Part shown: in pieces, positions 15,284 through 29,653 of the stretch
Layout: each line of letters opens with the position of its first letter
How positions within the stretch are numbered: the stretch's first letter is position 1
Assembly: GCA_965285935.1 (NCBI GenBank)
Contig: OZ260663.1
Location: forward strand, 19,902,001-19,966,000
DNA from: Ophelia neglecta
Taxonomy: Eukaryota
Length of the DNA stretch: 64,000 nt
Direction: 5' to 3'
Notes under the pieces: model-generated
Database searches by the model: none
Told to the model about the DNA's origin: nothing
What the model saw: only the letters and a program-made list of their open reading frames with translations
Position numbers and translations under genes: made by a program

Positions 15284-18200
15284 ACGCCAAAACATGGTCA
15301 ACAGTTGACCCAATTGTGTACTATGTCGACGAAAAGCCCACACACCGATATCTATCCATCATGGGTTCACTTTATGTTTATGGCCGAAAATCAATGGCAC
15401 TCGCTTAAACCACACTGTAAAGGCGTGGTCAGATGTCACAGCCTCAAACGGCACCGTAAGATTCGTAGGTTTGTGTTCAACAACATATGAGGGTTTGCCA
15501 GTTTGTGAAAAGTCCAATGTATGATAAATGTGTTCCGTGCTAATCTAGCTTTATGTAGGATATATTAATATGTAGGAAATGTTAGCTAAACAATCACATA
15601 AACGACTTATATAATGGTTTCCTTATTTCACGTAGCTAGTGCAAGATTCCACATTATGATAGCTAAATGACAAATGGGGAACATCTGCATCGGATACTTG
15701 AATGCATTTGTAGACAATGAACGATTGTAAGATCGTGATACTAACCGCCCATTCTCCCTGAGCGCTATATGTTCAGTATTCATCAGTCTGATCCTAGACA
15801 CAAAATCGATGTTTATGATCATCTGACTGCCCCTAGCCACTTGGTGACCATAGAGGCTGTCAATGGGCAGATAATGGGATGCCAACGGAGATGCCTGCTT
15901 CGATAAGAACATGATCCGTTACAAATGTGGAATCCACCAGGCGTTTTGCTATTCTACGAGAGTAGCAGTCCATAGAGGAGATCAAACTACAATCAACTAT
16001 ATTGACACAAAGTAAAATGTACATGGTTTAATGGAATAAATTCAGATTGAAACTAATTCTTACAATCCCCCTTTCTGGGGCTCTCTCCATTTCATATGTT
16101 TGCTTTAAGGAAAATGAATTAAGTGATTAATTAATGATTACGCCAAAGTAGACTTAATTTAATGGTACTTTTTGTTGACAAATAGGAGTCATATGAAAAA
16201 GCGTTATTTAGAGTGCAATACAGTGCAATGCAACTTTATGTTGCGTTTTGTGATAGCATGACGAACACTTTGTACACTTATTTACACGTAGCTCTTAATA
16301 GCTAATTGTTAAATGCAATGATATACTCATTGGGCCTACTAACACAGGATTTTTTTTATCTAGTGCATATTGTCCATGCAAATTCCAGAGCCCGCGAGTG
16401 AATAATGGGATATCATTGTTAAAAACATAAGCGAGAAACAATAAACCTATAAGATGGCATGAGACCATTTGCACCCCTATAATATGAAAATTAGTGTGCA
16501 CATATTTAAATACGTTAAAAACCTGAGCGCAATTTCTGCAATATCGAAGCGTATGCTTTATAAGTCAATATCATATTCTGGTACGTTATATAGTGCTCAC
16601 AAAACACTGAGTTGAGCCACCAAATAACCAAAGAGCACGTGCATGGGCAGAGCCAACAATACGTTTGATACAGGCTATCTGTAGAAAGGGCTGTGCTGCC
16701 GTTTGAGCCGTGGCGCTGGGAGGGATGCTCTGGACCTGCACGGAGCGCGGGCTTCACAGGTCAGGGGAGGGTTACATTTATTAGACATGCAAGAGCGAGA
16801 CAAGCCTTGGAGATTCAGCGGAATGGTACCTATTAAAGAGACTGTAAGAAATTATATTGGTGTGAGAACAAACCGCGAAAGGAAAAATGAGGGAAGCCTG
16901 GTTTCCATGTTGATTGTCACAAGAAAAGGCTAGTTGGGTAGTTATTCTAATACAATTCGATGAAATAACTAAAGTAGGCGAATAAATATATTGCTTATAA
17001 GGACATTATATTTACGGCTAACAAGTTCCAAAGCTTTCACGACATTGCATTTTATATGTATACTGATAGTCCCTGCTGTTAAGAATGGTATCACGGCGAG
17101 ATGTTGGAATAAATGCTGTTTTCTTTATCAAACCTGAATATTTGTTTTATGGGAGTGTTGTTGTTCCCAATAGTAGATTTATATTTAGCGTAACATTAAC
17201 AAGATGGAGCTCGGAAGAAAAAAAAGACAACATGTAGCTCGGAAGAAAAAAATATCGGCAATAATCTACTCTTATTGATATATAAGAGAGAGTATAACCA
17301 TGCCTGGGGTAATCATCATCTTACAGGTCATGAAAGTCAACTAATCGAAGTGATTAGATGTACACCGCGGTGAAATCTCCAGACAGGTCTGATGCTGGAG
17401 GGGAAAGGTATCAAAGAGGTGCCGTAATGTAAGGGCAGGAGAATCAATCGAATGGTAATGCCCTTAACACTTGGCACCGGAAGTCACCCTCTACAAGCCA
17501 ATAACTGGAAGTAACGCTACCGTCAGTCCATCATCGCCGGCCTTAGAACTATGTTGAAGGTCAAACAACTCTTGATGGGTAATTGAATAGTTGTGGCTCG
17601 ACCACAATTACTCTCAATATTATAGCCAATCCCCTGGTGACTGTTAACTGTATTCATGATCAACCCTGCATGTTTTTTTTTGTACGCCGTTGTTTAGATT
17701 CATTCCTTGGAGGCCAGATACGAACGCGCCGCCAGCAAAATTTGCTTTGAATGGAAATAATAATTAGCATACCTTGTAGCATTGTGCAAATGTTTCAACC
17801 TTTGCATTAATGTATAAAGTTTTTATTCAGAACAGTACTTTGGGTTTCCTTTTTGCGGACTATGAGGACACGTGTGTATCTGAAAGCGTACACTAAAATT
17901 TAATTTAGATGCATGATGACTACTAGAGTATTCATGGGACAAACTGACGGTTTATATATTAGTGCAACAATATAGAACGACTGGTTCTCATAATATCCAG
18001 CACCACAATATTGCACAGACACAGACGTGTTTTTGGGAGAGCTTCTATCGTTATAATTATATCAATATTTAAAACAAGTTGCAACGTGATGGGTACCAAT
18101 TGAGTGGTGCAAGCTAATGTAGCCATGCGTTGGATTTATTGCCATATATCTAGCGTGAACTAGATTTCAGCAATAAAAAGGTCTCCGATGCGCACCATGT

Positions 18201-18774
18201 AGTCTTTTCAAAGGCCGAAATTATTTTTATAATTTAGTATGCATGCCAGTCGGTATACATGATTTTATAATACACTGGACAATACGCTTGAGCATTTTCA
18301 TCCATATTTAATCAAATTACTACTCTCCCCATTGTTACAAATGGGAGGTTTCGGGAGAGAAACACACGGACACTGCTTCATGGCGGTGTAATGGTGTTAA
18401 TGGACTTCGAAGGGTTAGTTTACAGTTGACGAAGGGATATCGATCTAAGACACAGAGAGGTTAGCGCGTGTTGTGGCCATGCATGACATGTGTTGTCATG
18501 GCAAACAGTGCAAATAACCTATCATATACTACCTAAATATTACATGATACACTTCCCTCGTCCTACTTCGATCTCGAAAGTAATGAGACAATGTCGAGGA
18601 TACTATAAACAATACATCAAGAAGAGTATAAGCCCGTCCTACGACGTCCGACTGACTCCCTACGATTCACAATATGACCAGTGTCGTTTTAGTTATAAAT
18701 TAGACTATATATATCTATGAGCGTGCCTGAAGATTACTGTTATTTGTCTTATTTTTAAAAAATCAAATGTGGTT

Positions 18775-18860
18775 GTGACCTGGCTGGGACTCGAACCCAC
18801 AACCCTTGCGGTACCATTCACCTAGCCCAGCGATACCGGCGACTCTAACCATTGTGCTAC
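18775..18860 (-). pseudogene. tRNA-derived SINE head / tRNA pseudogene
   Basis: Minus strand has A box TAGCACAATGG, B box GGTTCGAGTCC and a T-arm GTGGG-TTCGAGT-CCCAG. There is no paired acceptor stem, and an elongated hairpin replaces the anticodon arm. Confidence 0.6.
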
Positions 18861-21742
18861 ATAACTTTTTACCGTGGAATAATTGCGTCTTATCTTCTTA
18901 GTTATCTATTGAGCATCTAGCATGCATGTTTTACAACAAAGTTACCTATAGCAGGCTAGACACTTAACTCAAAAACGTATTGTTCCTAAAGTGAGTTCTA
19001 TTTGTCGAAGGCTAACGGGTGTTCCAATATCAGGGTGCCCTATCATGGAGCACTGGGGCCGATGTTTCTATTTTCATACAAGTGATATAAAGCTATTAAT
19101 TCTTCAAATTAAAGTATTTGCATAAGCATGTAGGTGATGATATTTCCTTTTGGTTCGAGGTTGTAGGCTGTCAAGTACCAATAGGTCAAGTCAATAAATT
19201 ATTAACTTAGGACACTACAAGAAGGAAAAACAGAGGGGATAAATATCCATTGTTATTCATTTCTTAGCTACTAATGACGGAAAATCATACACGAAATATG
19301 TAATGAGATACTGTTTAATTCTTTCTACTGTGATTAGGAAGCAAAGACACAAAGCTTAACATTTGTTGTTCAATTTTTGACAAGGTAGGTAAAGTTTGAT
19401 TATGGCACACCGTGTCCATCGTACTGCTAGTAATATACTAAATCGATCTTCATCCATGAGTAACTTCATTGCAATGTTTAACTGCATCCTAAGTGTCGAG
19501 TATCATATAAGAAACAAAATGTAATAAAGTAACCTTGTTTATTTCAAAGCAAACCAATCATGCATTGGGGCATGTTTTTTAAGCAACTATTAATTTCAGA
19601 ACTGCGGGGCTTCCCCATAGCTTCACACGGCTATGGCTAAATCTCTACATCAGATCGGCATTTTGGAAGGCATTAAGACCAGATTCGTCCGTGTCAAACA
19701 AAAGAGAACCTGCCATTTTTTAATACTTACATGTGATTTTGTTTTTGAGGATGATATCAAACAAAGGGTTGGTCAATATAACTTGGGATTTGATTTAATG
19801 ATGAGCTCGCGCCTTTGATATACATTGGATAATTATAAGATAGCGCATATTTGTGTTTTGCCCATTAACATGTTGTCTTCATCTATCGAGATTTGGCTTG
19901 ATGTACGTTATGGTCTGACAACTAACAGCACAAGGAAAACAAAATACCAATCGGTTTCTCATGGACGCGGAGACAAACCTGTAAAAAATCCTTATACAGT
20001 AGAACGGTATTTGAACGTGCTTATTATAGGGCTCCTTAAATACAAATTAATATAATGAACATGACAAAGCTTTAAATCAACCTCACTTAGGCAGCAGGAA
20101 GTGCTTTGAAATTGAAAAAGAGCATCATGCATTAGGTAATTCAATGAAATTTAGATGAACTATAACTATTAAATTTGAAATCCAATATTACCCGAGATTA
20201 TGACATTAGGGACGTTCAAGGAATGCAGCTGTTTGGAGCTGGGGATAGATTTATTGTTGTTCGTGGGCCTGTAGCGCTGGTTCCTGATAATTTCAGGCTG
20301 ATGTAATGGACTTTTCTTTTATAGTGATTTGGCTTTGTCGGCCGGGTTTACACTCTCGTTTTGAGGCATATGATTCAATAGCATATTGCTGAGTGTTCAT
20401 GGATATGGAGGTAAGGGCGCCGCTGATATATGTACATATATACGTATATACGCATTAAGTTACAAGACAAACAGCTCCTCGACATGACCGGCAATGCTAC
20501 ACGGTTTCTGTACACCATTGGGTAAAAAAAACCAGAGCGACAGGGCCGATATGATGCTTATTTCAGAGTCAAAGTATGTGACAATGTGTTTACAAATGAG
20601 ACTGAAGTAAGGAATGTTTGATGATTTCAGAATCGTATATTGTGAGAAACACAAAAGTTGTCTGTGTAGATTTTCGTGGGACCGATGTAGAGGAACAACA
20701 CGGACACTTCCTACAATCATGATTAGTCTGAAACGAAAATGCGGGGGCGCATGTTCCTGTCATAGCGTGGTTGCCTTAATCGGCAAACTATTTTTTACAA
20801 CGCAGTAGCACTTAGTGTTAATCCCCACTCTTCCCTTAAATGGGCAACTCTTCCGCATCGCACATGTCGACTTGTGTTCTAGTAACCCTAGATAAACAGC
20901 GTCCATATATATACGCTTCATATACGCTACCATCGATTGGAAAAGGCAAGGATATCACCGGTACCTTTGTATAAACTAGATGGTATCAACCCCTTCATTC
21001 GTATGTTATTGAAAATATTATTACGGTCGCCTGGCTTGTTTTTATTATTTATAACATTGAAAAAATGCGTCTTAATATGAAGGTAATGATTTACTGAGAG
21101 GAAAAATCTTAGCATGAATGTATTTCTGTGAAAGGCGAATGTATGATTAAACGTCGCATAATAGATTTAGTTACCATTACCGCTTTAGGCGTCATATATT
21201 CTGGAACTAAGATTTGAAAAACCAAATCGGCGTGGTCCTTTTCGCATTATTGCATACGATTCAAATAAGATTCGTCTCGGATTTGTCTCCCCTATAATCG
21301 ACGAAGTTGAGTGATCCCATGTTGGTATTTTCAGTAATTGGAACTGCAAAGATGGAACGAAAAAAGCATTCCATTTCCAGTTCAGCCGATGAACTGCTTT
21401 AGAAAATTGGCCCGTATTACAAAACCAGTACATTTTTAACTGGAGGATCCCTAGAGCAGTCCTTATCTTTGTTATGAAATATGCTATAAAAATAGACAAA
21501 TTAGCTACTACAATTAAAAATCAATGTTTTCAATCTATAGCCTCTGTATTTTCTATACAAATGTCATATATATAAGATATAAATAAGCCCCGGCTCTTCG
21601 GCCTTTTTACTTTATACAGGCAGGGCTGCACACGATTGAAAGGCCGGCGTGGTGCGTATGAATGCCGTGGCATGGAAATAGCTGCTATCATCAGCTTCCC
21701 ATTTTGGAGGCATAGCATTCTGTGTGGCTGGCAGCTTTGGAG

Positions 21743-21967
21743 GGCTATTGATTAAACGCGGAGGTGCGGAGGCTATGCGGAGGCGGAGGTCATGAGTATG
21801 TCTGAGTGGCATGAAGCAAATATAATCGTCAGCAAGGAAAGGGTTAGGACGGAGGGTTAATTTTAGGGATAGGGTTAGGGACAGGTTTGGTAGGTCTAGT
21901 GCTCTGTTCTAATCTGTTCGGAATTCACCTCCGCAAGGCTCCGTGCCTCCGCTTTTAATCAAAAGCC
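21743..21967. mobile_element. Non-autonomous DNA transposon (MITE) with ~40-bp TIRs and 8-bp TSD
   Basis: TIRs GGCTATTGATTAAACGCGGAGGTGCGGAG... / ...CTCCGTGCCTCCGCTTTTAATCAAAAGCC. Direct repeat CTTTGGAG at 21735-21742 and 21968-21975. Internal GGGTTAGG-like tract. Confidence 0.8.
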
Positions 21968-24900
21968 CTTTGGAGCCTTTGTGGTACTTACTTGTTCTTT
22001 TGTAGATATGGTGTTCACTGTCATTTGTGGTGGTAAAAATAACAAAGAAAAACAATTACTTCTTCCCCTTAACCCATACATTAAACAATTCGTTCTTAAA
22101 TGTTTTCCTTTTTGGAATCTTCGAGTTACCTCTGGGAAACAAGACAGGAATTATCTTATATATAAGGGGATTGACCCGTTTCATTCTTTCCATATATCTT
22201 ATTTGTAGAGTCGAAAAGATTCATAACATCAGTATGAAAAGGCCACACACCTTAAAAGCGAGTAGATAACATCAGCCCTATTCGGCTAAAAAAACCTTAA
22301 AACTTCATGAAAACGATTCTGAGAGCAGCATTGGTAATAAAATCCACTGCCTGATGTTCTACAGGAATTAAGAGGCAGCCGGAGCGGCCTCTTTAAAATA
22401 GGCGAGAGTCTTGTCTATTTTATACATTTTTCATATTCTCCCTGGAATGGGATTTCAGTTCGTTGACACATTGTTTCCTGATATCCGGTGTTTAAGCCCT
22501 AAGATAGATTGGCGTCTCACCCCATGCATTAACCAAGTCGAGACAATCCATCACTCATGTGAGAAAAAAATTCCTGACACACGCGAATTTTCTTCTGGCA
22601 TCATAGGTCCGGGATCACCTGGCCCGGAATAATCAATGCAATGCTTGCAATGCTTCTGCGCACCCTTAACGCAGTACTAGGCTTGTGCTGCCATGAGCTA
22701 AAAAACTATTATTTTCCTGCATTCAATACTGAAACTGTATTATGTAATATTTTCAACATACCTTGTATTTTGTGTCTTTAAACAGTATAATCGTTGATTT
22801 TGAAATGTGTTTATATTTTTATTTTATGTAAATCATCTGAGATGACCTTGAGACGTTTACCTTAGAAATTGTGCATACAAAAGTTATGTTATAATAATAG
22901 TTTGCGATTGGGAAACTACTCATGCGCGGAAATATAAGGGCAATTACCTTTTGTGTTAAATCTTTATATAAGCCTGTTAAGAAGTTAACAAATTTTGCAC
23001 ATGAAAAAGTTGTTGAGTTGCTGTTGCGCTTGAAACGTTGTAACAAATAAAGGCTTAAAATTGATTTTTATTGCATAATGCAATAGTTTAGCGATTTTCT
23101 ATCAATTAGCAAATAATTAGGCTCTTAAAAAACATAGTGGGTATAAAATGACACAATTTTTTTTTCTGATTGTTCGGGCCAGATGATCAACCAGGATCCC
23201 CTCGAGTATATGCCACAAATTGCCTTATACCACAGTGTGCGGCTATGGTGGTCAATATATGGGGGGGGGGGGGGTTATTTTCTCATAGCTCTTAGTTCAC
23301 CATTTCGCTCTCAATGGCAGTATTTACCCGAACATTCCACTGGGATCATTCCAGGCGGAAGTGCTTGCCATAGATACTGGCTGTATTGCTATATACCATG
23401 GTGTAATTAGTTATAATTGAGATATATGGTTTTATAAGTCAGTTTTATTAGTTCGTGTAAAATTTTACACGACAGGATGCTAACAACCTGTACCAAACTG
23501 GTGAAAAGCTTTGATACACTCTAGATCAGTATGACTAATATCTCTCAGATGGTAGTTGTGAAAGGTGGTCTTTTGTCGTTCCTGCAAATCAGTTCCTATG
23601 AAATAGCCCGCCTTGTTTAATTAGGAAATGCAAGAGCAGTTGCCCTACAAACAACTTGCAGCCTTTATCTGCGGGGCCACATGCTGTCTGCACGATCAAT
23701 GGGTTTCTTTATCACTATAAACACTGCTTTGCCGGAACTTTCAGCTGAGTGACCATGGGTGCAAATGCAATTGAGCAGCAGAAAGGTACACAAAAATAGG
23801 AAACGCTGCCCAGCATAAAAGCAAAAACACGTATCTGAACATTCAATTCAATGTATCCTTAATAATCATGCGACTAACTCATTGTGAAACAGACACCTTA
23901 CTTCAAAAGCGCAATAACAATTGTTTCCTATTTTTCGTAGCGTGTAACGATTATTGGATTATACGAGATCGTATTATCGTATTATTGTTGATCAATTAAC
24001 CGTAGTGTTATGACAAATCTGGGAACACTTGTTTCAAGGGATAAAACTAAGGATTAACATTTATTTAAACATGCTAGTTATGACATGAATAATGTTACTT
24101 AATCACAGACATTTTTTTTTGAAAGACGCCTGCTTCAGGCATAGTGTGAAACAGGAGGATTTTAGGAACTTACCGGAATGCCTCAGGCGAAAAACTTACT
24201 TATAAGTGCCAATGCTATACGTTGCCTAAGCTCGAATTACCCCATTTATAGATCCAATGGATCTACATACAATAAGGTACCTTTATCTGATGTACATGTA
24301 TCACGATATGCTCTTTATTGATTATAGCAACCATCTATGTAGGCATTCTAACCAAAAATGAACGGCGTGCACCCTCCAGCAACATACAAATAGCCCTTTG
24401 AAGATTTCTGACTTGATGACACCGCAGGAGCAATGCTTGATACCCTGGGTCGTATGCGGAACTATATGGGTATCATACGCGTCTGCGAACAAGATTTATG
24501 TGATCAGTGTCTCATTACCCGTCAACCCATGGACAGCCAGCAGACAGGAATCACGTGCCCTGGTCAGCTTTTCGTAATGAACATGAGTATCTCCTAAGGC
24601 AGAAGAAAGGTTACAGCTTAGTATGTCTGTATTGTTAGTCTGAGCAAAGGCGATGCTTTTTCCACACGAATAATTAAAGAGGCCGTTTGATAAAAATAAA
24701 GTACAACATACCCTGAACCCTTTTCCAGGTAGATTTATTCTTCTCAATTAACTTATGCCTTAAATGTATGAAAATGGCCTAATAAAAGTGCGCATGCTCG
24801 AACCACGTTAAGATGGCATTATAAATTATGTATTAAGAGGTACAGCGGCTTCAAACCGTGGCTTGCGGCATGATAATCTCATCAACGCTGGGAAGCATGC

Positions 24901-27900
24901 AACCGAAGTGATTAGTGCTTTGCTCGGGGGTTTCCTGGCGTGTACGTTCGATACTGGGGGCTGAAAACATCACAAGAATCTTTCTCTAATGTAGATGCAT
25001 CATAATTGACTGAATTATGAGAACTGAAATCCCCTGGTACCAAGTGCCAATCATCCTTCTTCTGGTACCAAGTGCTAATCATCCGTCTTTGAAGTACGAG
25101 CTGTGATATTTCTAATCAACTTAGGCTGAAGCTCGAACACCCTCGGAGGTCCAATATGTCCAAATTTTCACGAGCAAGAAAAGTGTGCGGGCATCAGTTC
25201 TAAATATTTCTGTAACATGTACCATTATGACAATCCCCACTGCTACTGATGGGAATTAGTGACAAGAAGTACTGGACAAAAAAAACAAGATATTTCGCAT
25301 AAGTAATATAAGTAAGACACCGTGAGACACGTATATTGTAACAGTGATTTATTGCTTCATGTATCCCGAATGCTTTGTAGTTCCATAGATATTGCTGGGC
25401 CTGATTTGTGCTATTTCCGTGCCGCACCCACTAATCTTAGCCAGTTGCACAGAGCTAATATCGGTAACGGTAGAAACCTTTATGGAGGTAATAGGTGGTA
25501 AAATTCCAAAGAAATCACAATTCAGCTTAGATTTGTTAGACACATACGTGTCACTGTCTTAGTGACAATATTCCTGCAAATTGCCAATAGGAGAGATACT
25601 CTGAGGTGCTCATGTTTTGCTGAGGTGCTGAGCTGTAAAATGTATATTACAGCTGAATCCCCGAGGGCATCGTGTTCTTTCGCCGGCTTAAAGTTTAAAT
25701 AAAATGGGTTCAGCAAAGGTCTCCGTCATATGCGGGATATTAATGACCACAGCTCTAGATGTTCTATTTCTTTGTTATCAACACAAGAATACCTCCCCAT
25801 CTCTTTATGATATCATGCTGTTTTATATATGCGTATTATTACAAATATATAGTGAATAGCTCTTCATTTAGACGGTTAAAGCCAGATAATCACACAAAAA
25901 TATCAAACGTACAAGACGTTTATATACAATGAAGTCACTATGTCAAGGTGGGACCAGTTGTTGACATTTGCAGGTATTCACTGCTGTCTTTTTTGGCTTT
26001 GCATAGCCAATATAGAGAAATTCACAGGCAGCAATGTGAAGTGCGGATTTATGTTGCGATTTGGTGATATCCTCAAAACCTATCCTCATTGGGCATTGAA
26101 CTGCGTCTATTTTCATACCACAAATGAATACTCGCTTCGTAAATCACTCAAGCTTTATTGAGACAGAGTCACCATGACTTTATATTATCTAATAAAACAT
26201 CAATATTTTATTATGAATGATCTATCTTCCTTCTTTTTTTAAATATTTTTTTATCTAAGCATTTATCTGGTAACGAAACGGCAGAACATGCCTTGCACAC
26301 AAATCAAAATATATCGATCAAAAATAATCCATTTTAAGGTTATAAAGAAAAATATCACTTGCAAGGAGAAGTTGTCTTCAGTTTCCGAAACTAAAGAGCC
26401 AATGGACATTGTTTGGTTATATACGCTGTCCGAGAGTCTATGAGAAGCTAAGCTCTAGTATAATAGAAGACTATAGATGGAATTTTCTCGATAAAATATG
26501 ATGTAAACAAAATATGATTTCGATAATACAATAAAATATTGTATATGTAGAGCGAATTGGCCACGCTTTTATCATTATCACGGAATATAACCCTGGGAAA
26601 TTAATTTGGACTCCAGGGTTGCGTGTTTCGTTAAGCTCAGAGAGACAGGGTTTCTACAGCTATATTCTGGGGATATTGGATTTCTGCTATTTGGGAATGA
26701 GAAGTTTATTTCAGCAAATCTAAATCATGTATTTTATCATGAAGACTTGATCTTGAAATCATCAATGAAATAACACTTTTCCAAATATGAACAGCCCTTA
26801 GGGTTTTAGATGGTATCTTACAATCGTTAAATAGGTAGACATACGATAATAACATATAGTCTGCATTATTTGTTTGGGTACTATATTATTCAGGTTTAAT
26901 AGGCAGAACTATATTTTCAATATAAATTCAATTTTCCTTACCTGTCAAGAAACGTCAGTATAGATAAGAACACCAGTAGGGGTTTTGGTATTGCTGGTCT
27001 GGAGGTACCAGGGGGATCGTCAATGAATCTCTTGCGTTACTAGATTATTAACGGCCTCGTTGCTAAACGGCTATGGAACTAGATACGCAATCAATCTCTT
27101 TTATCTGTTACATTTTCCAGTTGAGCAGCACGTTTGTATGTAATGTTAAATTATTTATGAATCTTCCAACCTAAAGAACCGGAACACGAGCTGCTCTAGC
27201 ACTGTACATTCAAGCCTGAAGATGACTGATATGGCTATTTGTTTACCCTGACAGACCAACTGTCAATACATCGCGATTCATTTCCTTCAGATACTTACGC
27301 CGTGCCTTCGTATTAGCGATTATTCATTGCGCAAACAACAGCTTCTAAATGCGTGGATACGTGCTTGCTTTAGAGTGTCCATGACAGTTGATAGCTAGAG
27401 TATTTCTTTAGTATCTTATTCTGGCTTGGACTGTATAGTGCGATCTTTGATGCTGGATTCGGAATAGCATCAGCCACCTTACAATATGCAGCCAATTGTG
27501 CTTAGGTGGACAGGTTAAAAACTCCCAGAATGTCATCGGTTCTGATGAATGTGATTGTTCCTGGTTTTGCTTACCTTCTCCTTATAAAATCAAAAAGCAA
27601 TTTGTTCTTTGGTCCGTAAGATGCAGGGATTGCATCAGAAGCAGTTAGCCCACATAGTGACATAAAGTGAATAAGTTCATAACCAGACTCGGACAATTAT
27701 TGTGTGTTAACATTTAGTGGATTGAACAAGTTCAAGTCACAGTGAACAATTAGATTAGGGTATTAATTACGCACTGTACTTGGCTTCGCACTTTAATATT
27801 TAAAGACAATTGGGTTACAAAACGCTACCCACTACAACAACCGCACTGTCTAACCGCAGCTGTTACATAGAACAGATGTTCACAGGCCCAAATAATTAAT

Positions 27901-28323
27901 TGCTAATGCCTAAGAATTACACGTAATGTTGTTGTGCTAAAAACTGCTCGATAAATCAATACTGTCATCACTTTAGGTACTAATATATCACATTAGAAAT
28001 TATACACGGCATATATAGGAGAAACGATCGATAGGCGATTGGTTGAGTCTGGTAAAACAGGAAAAAAAAATACATGCCATTTCTACACACAGAAATGAAT
28101 GCACGGAGTACATTCTTAGGCCTCGCACGCGCATGTTCCGCATTGTCTTAGGACTTCGTACGGTTTGGCCTGTACTTTTGTAACGGGTAAATGGGACAGA
28201 AAGTGAGAATGTAACGGATTAGTATGTATCAATAGTAAGGTCGATACAATTATTGAAGTCCTTGTGCTCTTTGTCACTGATATGGCTATACAGGGCACTG
28301 CGTAAGGAAGGAAGAAGACTACT

Positions 28324-28423
28324 TAAGGCAACATGAGAGACATGGCACTTCGTTAACGAACACTCAGTTCGCCAGCAGACCTATAATACATCCACTGCGT
28401 AAAGCGAGACAAGACAGCGTTTA
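28324..28423 (+). repeat. 100-bp repeat, left arm of an inverted pair with 33648-33747
   Basis: 97/100 identity to the reverse complement of 33648-33747. Confidence 0.9.
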
Positions 28424-29014
28424 ATCGTCGCTCATGGAAGGCCGTGCACATTTGTAAAATCATAGAATAAGTAATCAAAGACAATTCCCAATAAGATATT
28501 AACTAAAAGAGAGTAATACGGAAAGACTTCAATTAAAGACCCTGTTTAGTTCAGCGTTTGCCGGGAGAAACAACTGTTATTCGGATAGTGGGAGAAAAAT
28601 TAACTGCTGCTCAATCTGACATTTTGGATGAAAAACACCCTCCAGGGTTGAAACATTGTGTTTGAAATGTCTATACCGATACAATGCAGTAGGAAGTGAT
28701 TGATCTGATGGCAATAGGGGGGATGGGATATAATACCTATATTGTGATGAACACTAATGTGCGTTTGCCTTAAGGACACTAAAGCATTCAGGTACCATGA
28801 TAGCCAAGGCACTTATCTCCTATTCAGTCGGAGTTGCTGGGTACAAGTATTCCCTGCTGTGTCAGCAATGCCATGCCACAATGATCCCCGCTACCACTAG
28901 AAGCGAAATTCACTGTGCCTGATCGAAAGGCGATGCCAATACTAATAGTAAATACATTAGCCATAACGATAATGGCTTTAAGTGTGATTCAGCCAGTCAT
29001 ACTTTGTACATATA

Positions 29015-29189
29015 CAGTGGAAACTGTGTATCAAATCCACCTAAAGGACTGGAAAATACTGCTCTGATTTCAGAGGTGGTCTGTTTAAACGGGATATTAA
29101 AAATTGAAAGGTCTTCATATTAGTGGTCTGAATTGACAGGTGGAGACGTGGTCTGATTGTAGAGGTGGCCTTAAAGGCAGGTTTCACTG
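29015..29189. mobile_element. Tc1/mariner-pogo-type MITE in the intron just after exon copy 2
   Basis: TA|CAGTGGAAACTG ... CAGGTTTCACTG|TA: imperfect TIRs with TA TSD, plus internal repeated AGAGGTGG / GTGGTCTG motifs. Confidence 0.75.
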
Positions 29190-29218
29190 TAGATTTATTT
29201 AATGTGTTGAATTCTTAC

Positions 29219-29653
29219 CTGCTCAAAACTGGTCCTTGCGTTTCGCAATTCTAATTCTATGAGAAAATCGCCACTATCCTGCATAAATCCTCGATTACAT
29301 AGATCTGTTATTCCAATAAATGTTTTACGTCCGCGGATGGGGTTTTGCGAGTCAAACACGACTCCTCTCTCCACCACGCTATCATTCCTTGTGAAATGAT
29401 CATTGCTTAGCAAAGTAAAGGAGTAATCCAGGTAGACGTTGAGACCTCTACTTGGGGCTTTCAGACTAAGATATGCTCCTACGTGTTTATCTGAACGTAT
29501 CAGCTGAATTGTCCAAGCATGGCCACCGTAGGGGAACTCTCGTGAGAAAACATCAGGCGAAAACTCCTTGACTAGACTTGGTGGCAGTTGAAACGTAAAC
29601 ACTTGGGTATCAAACCGATCTTTGAGTTTTGAAAGTCGAAACAATTTGGCCAT
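29219..29653 (-). CDS. First coding exon (145 codons) of a MATH/TRAF-like domain protein, copy 2
   Basis: 125/145 aa identical to copy 1, with the same donor CAG|GTAAGAAT (exon end 29219, phase 0). An extra in-frame ATG exists at 29689 but is not shared with copy 1. Confidence 0.85.
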
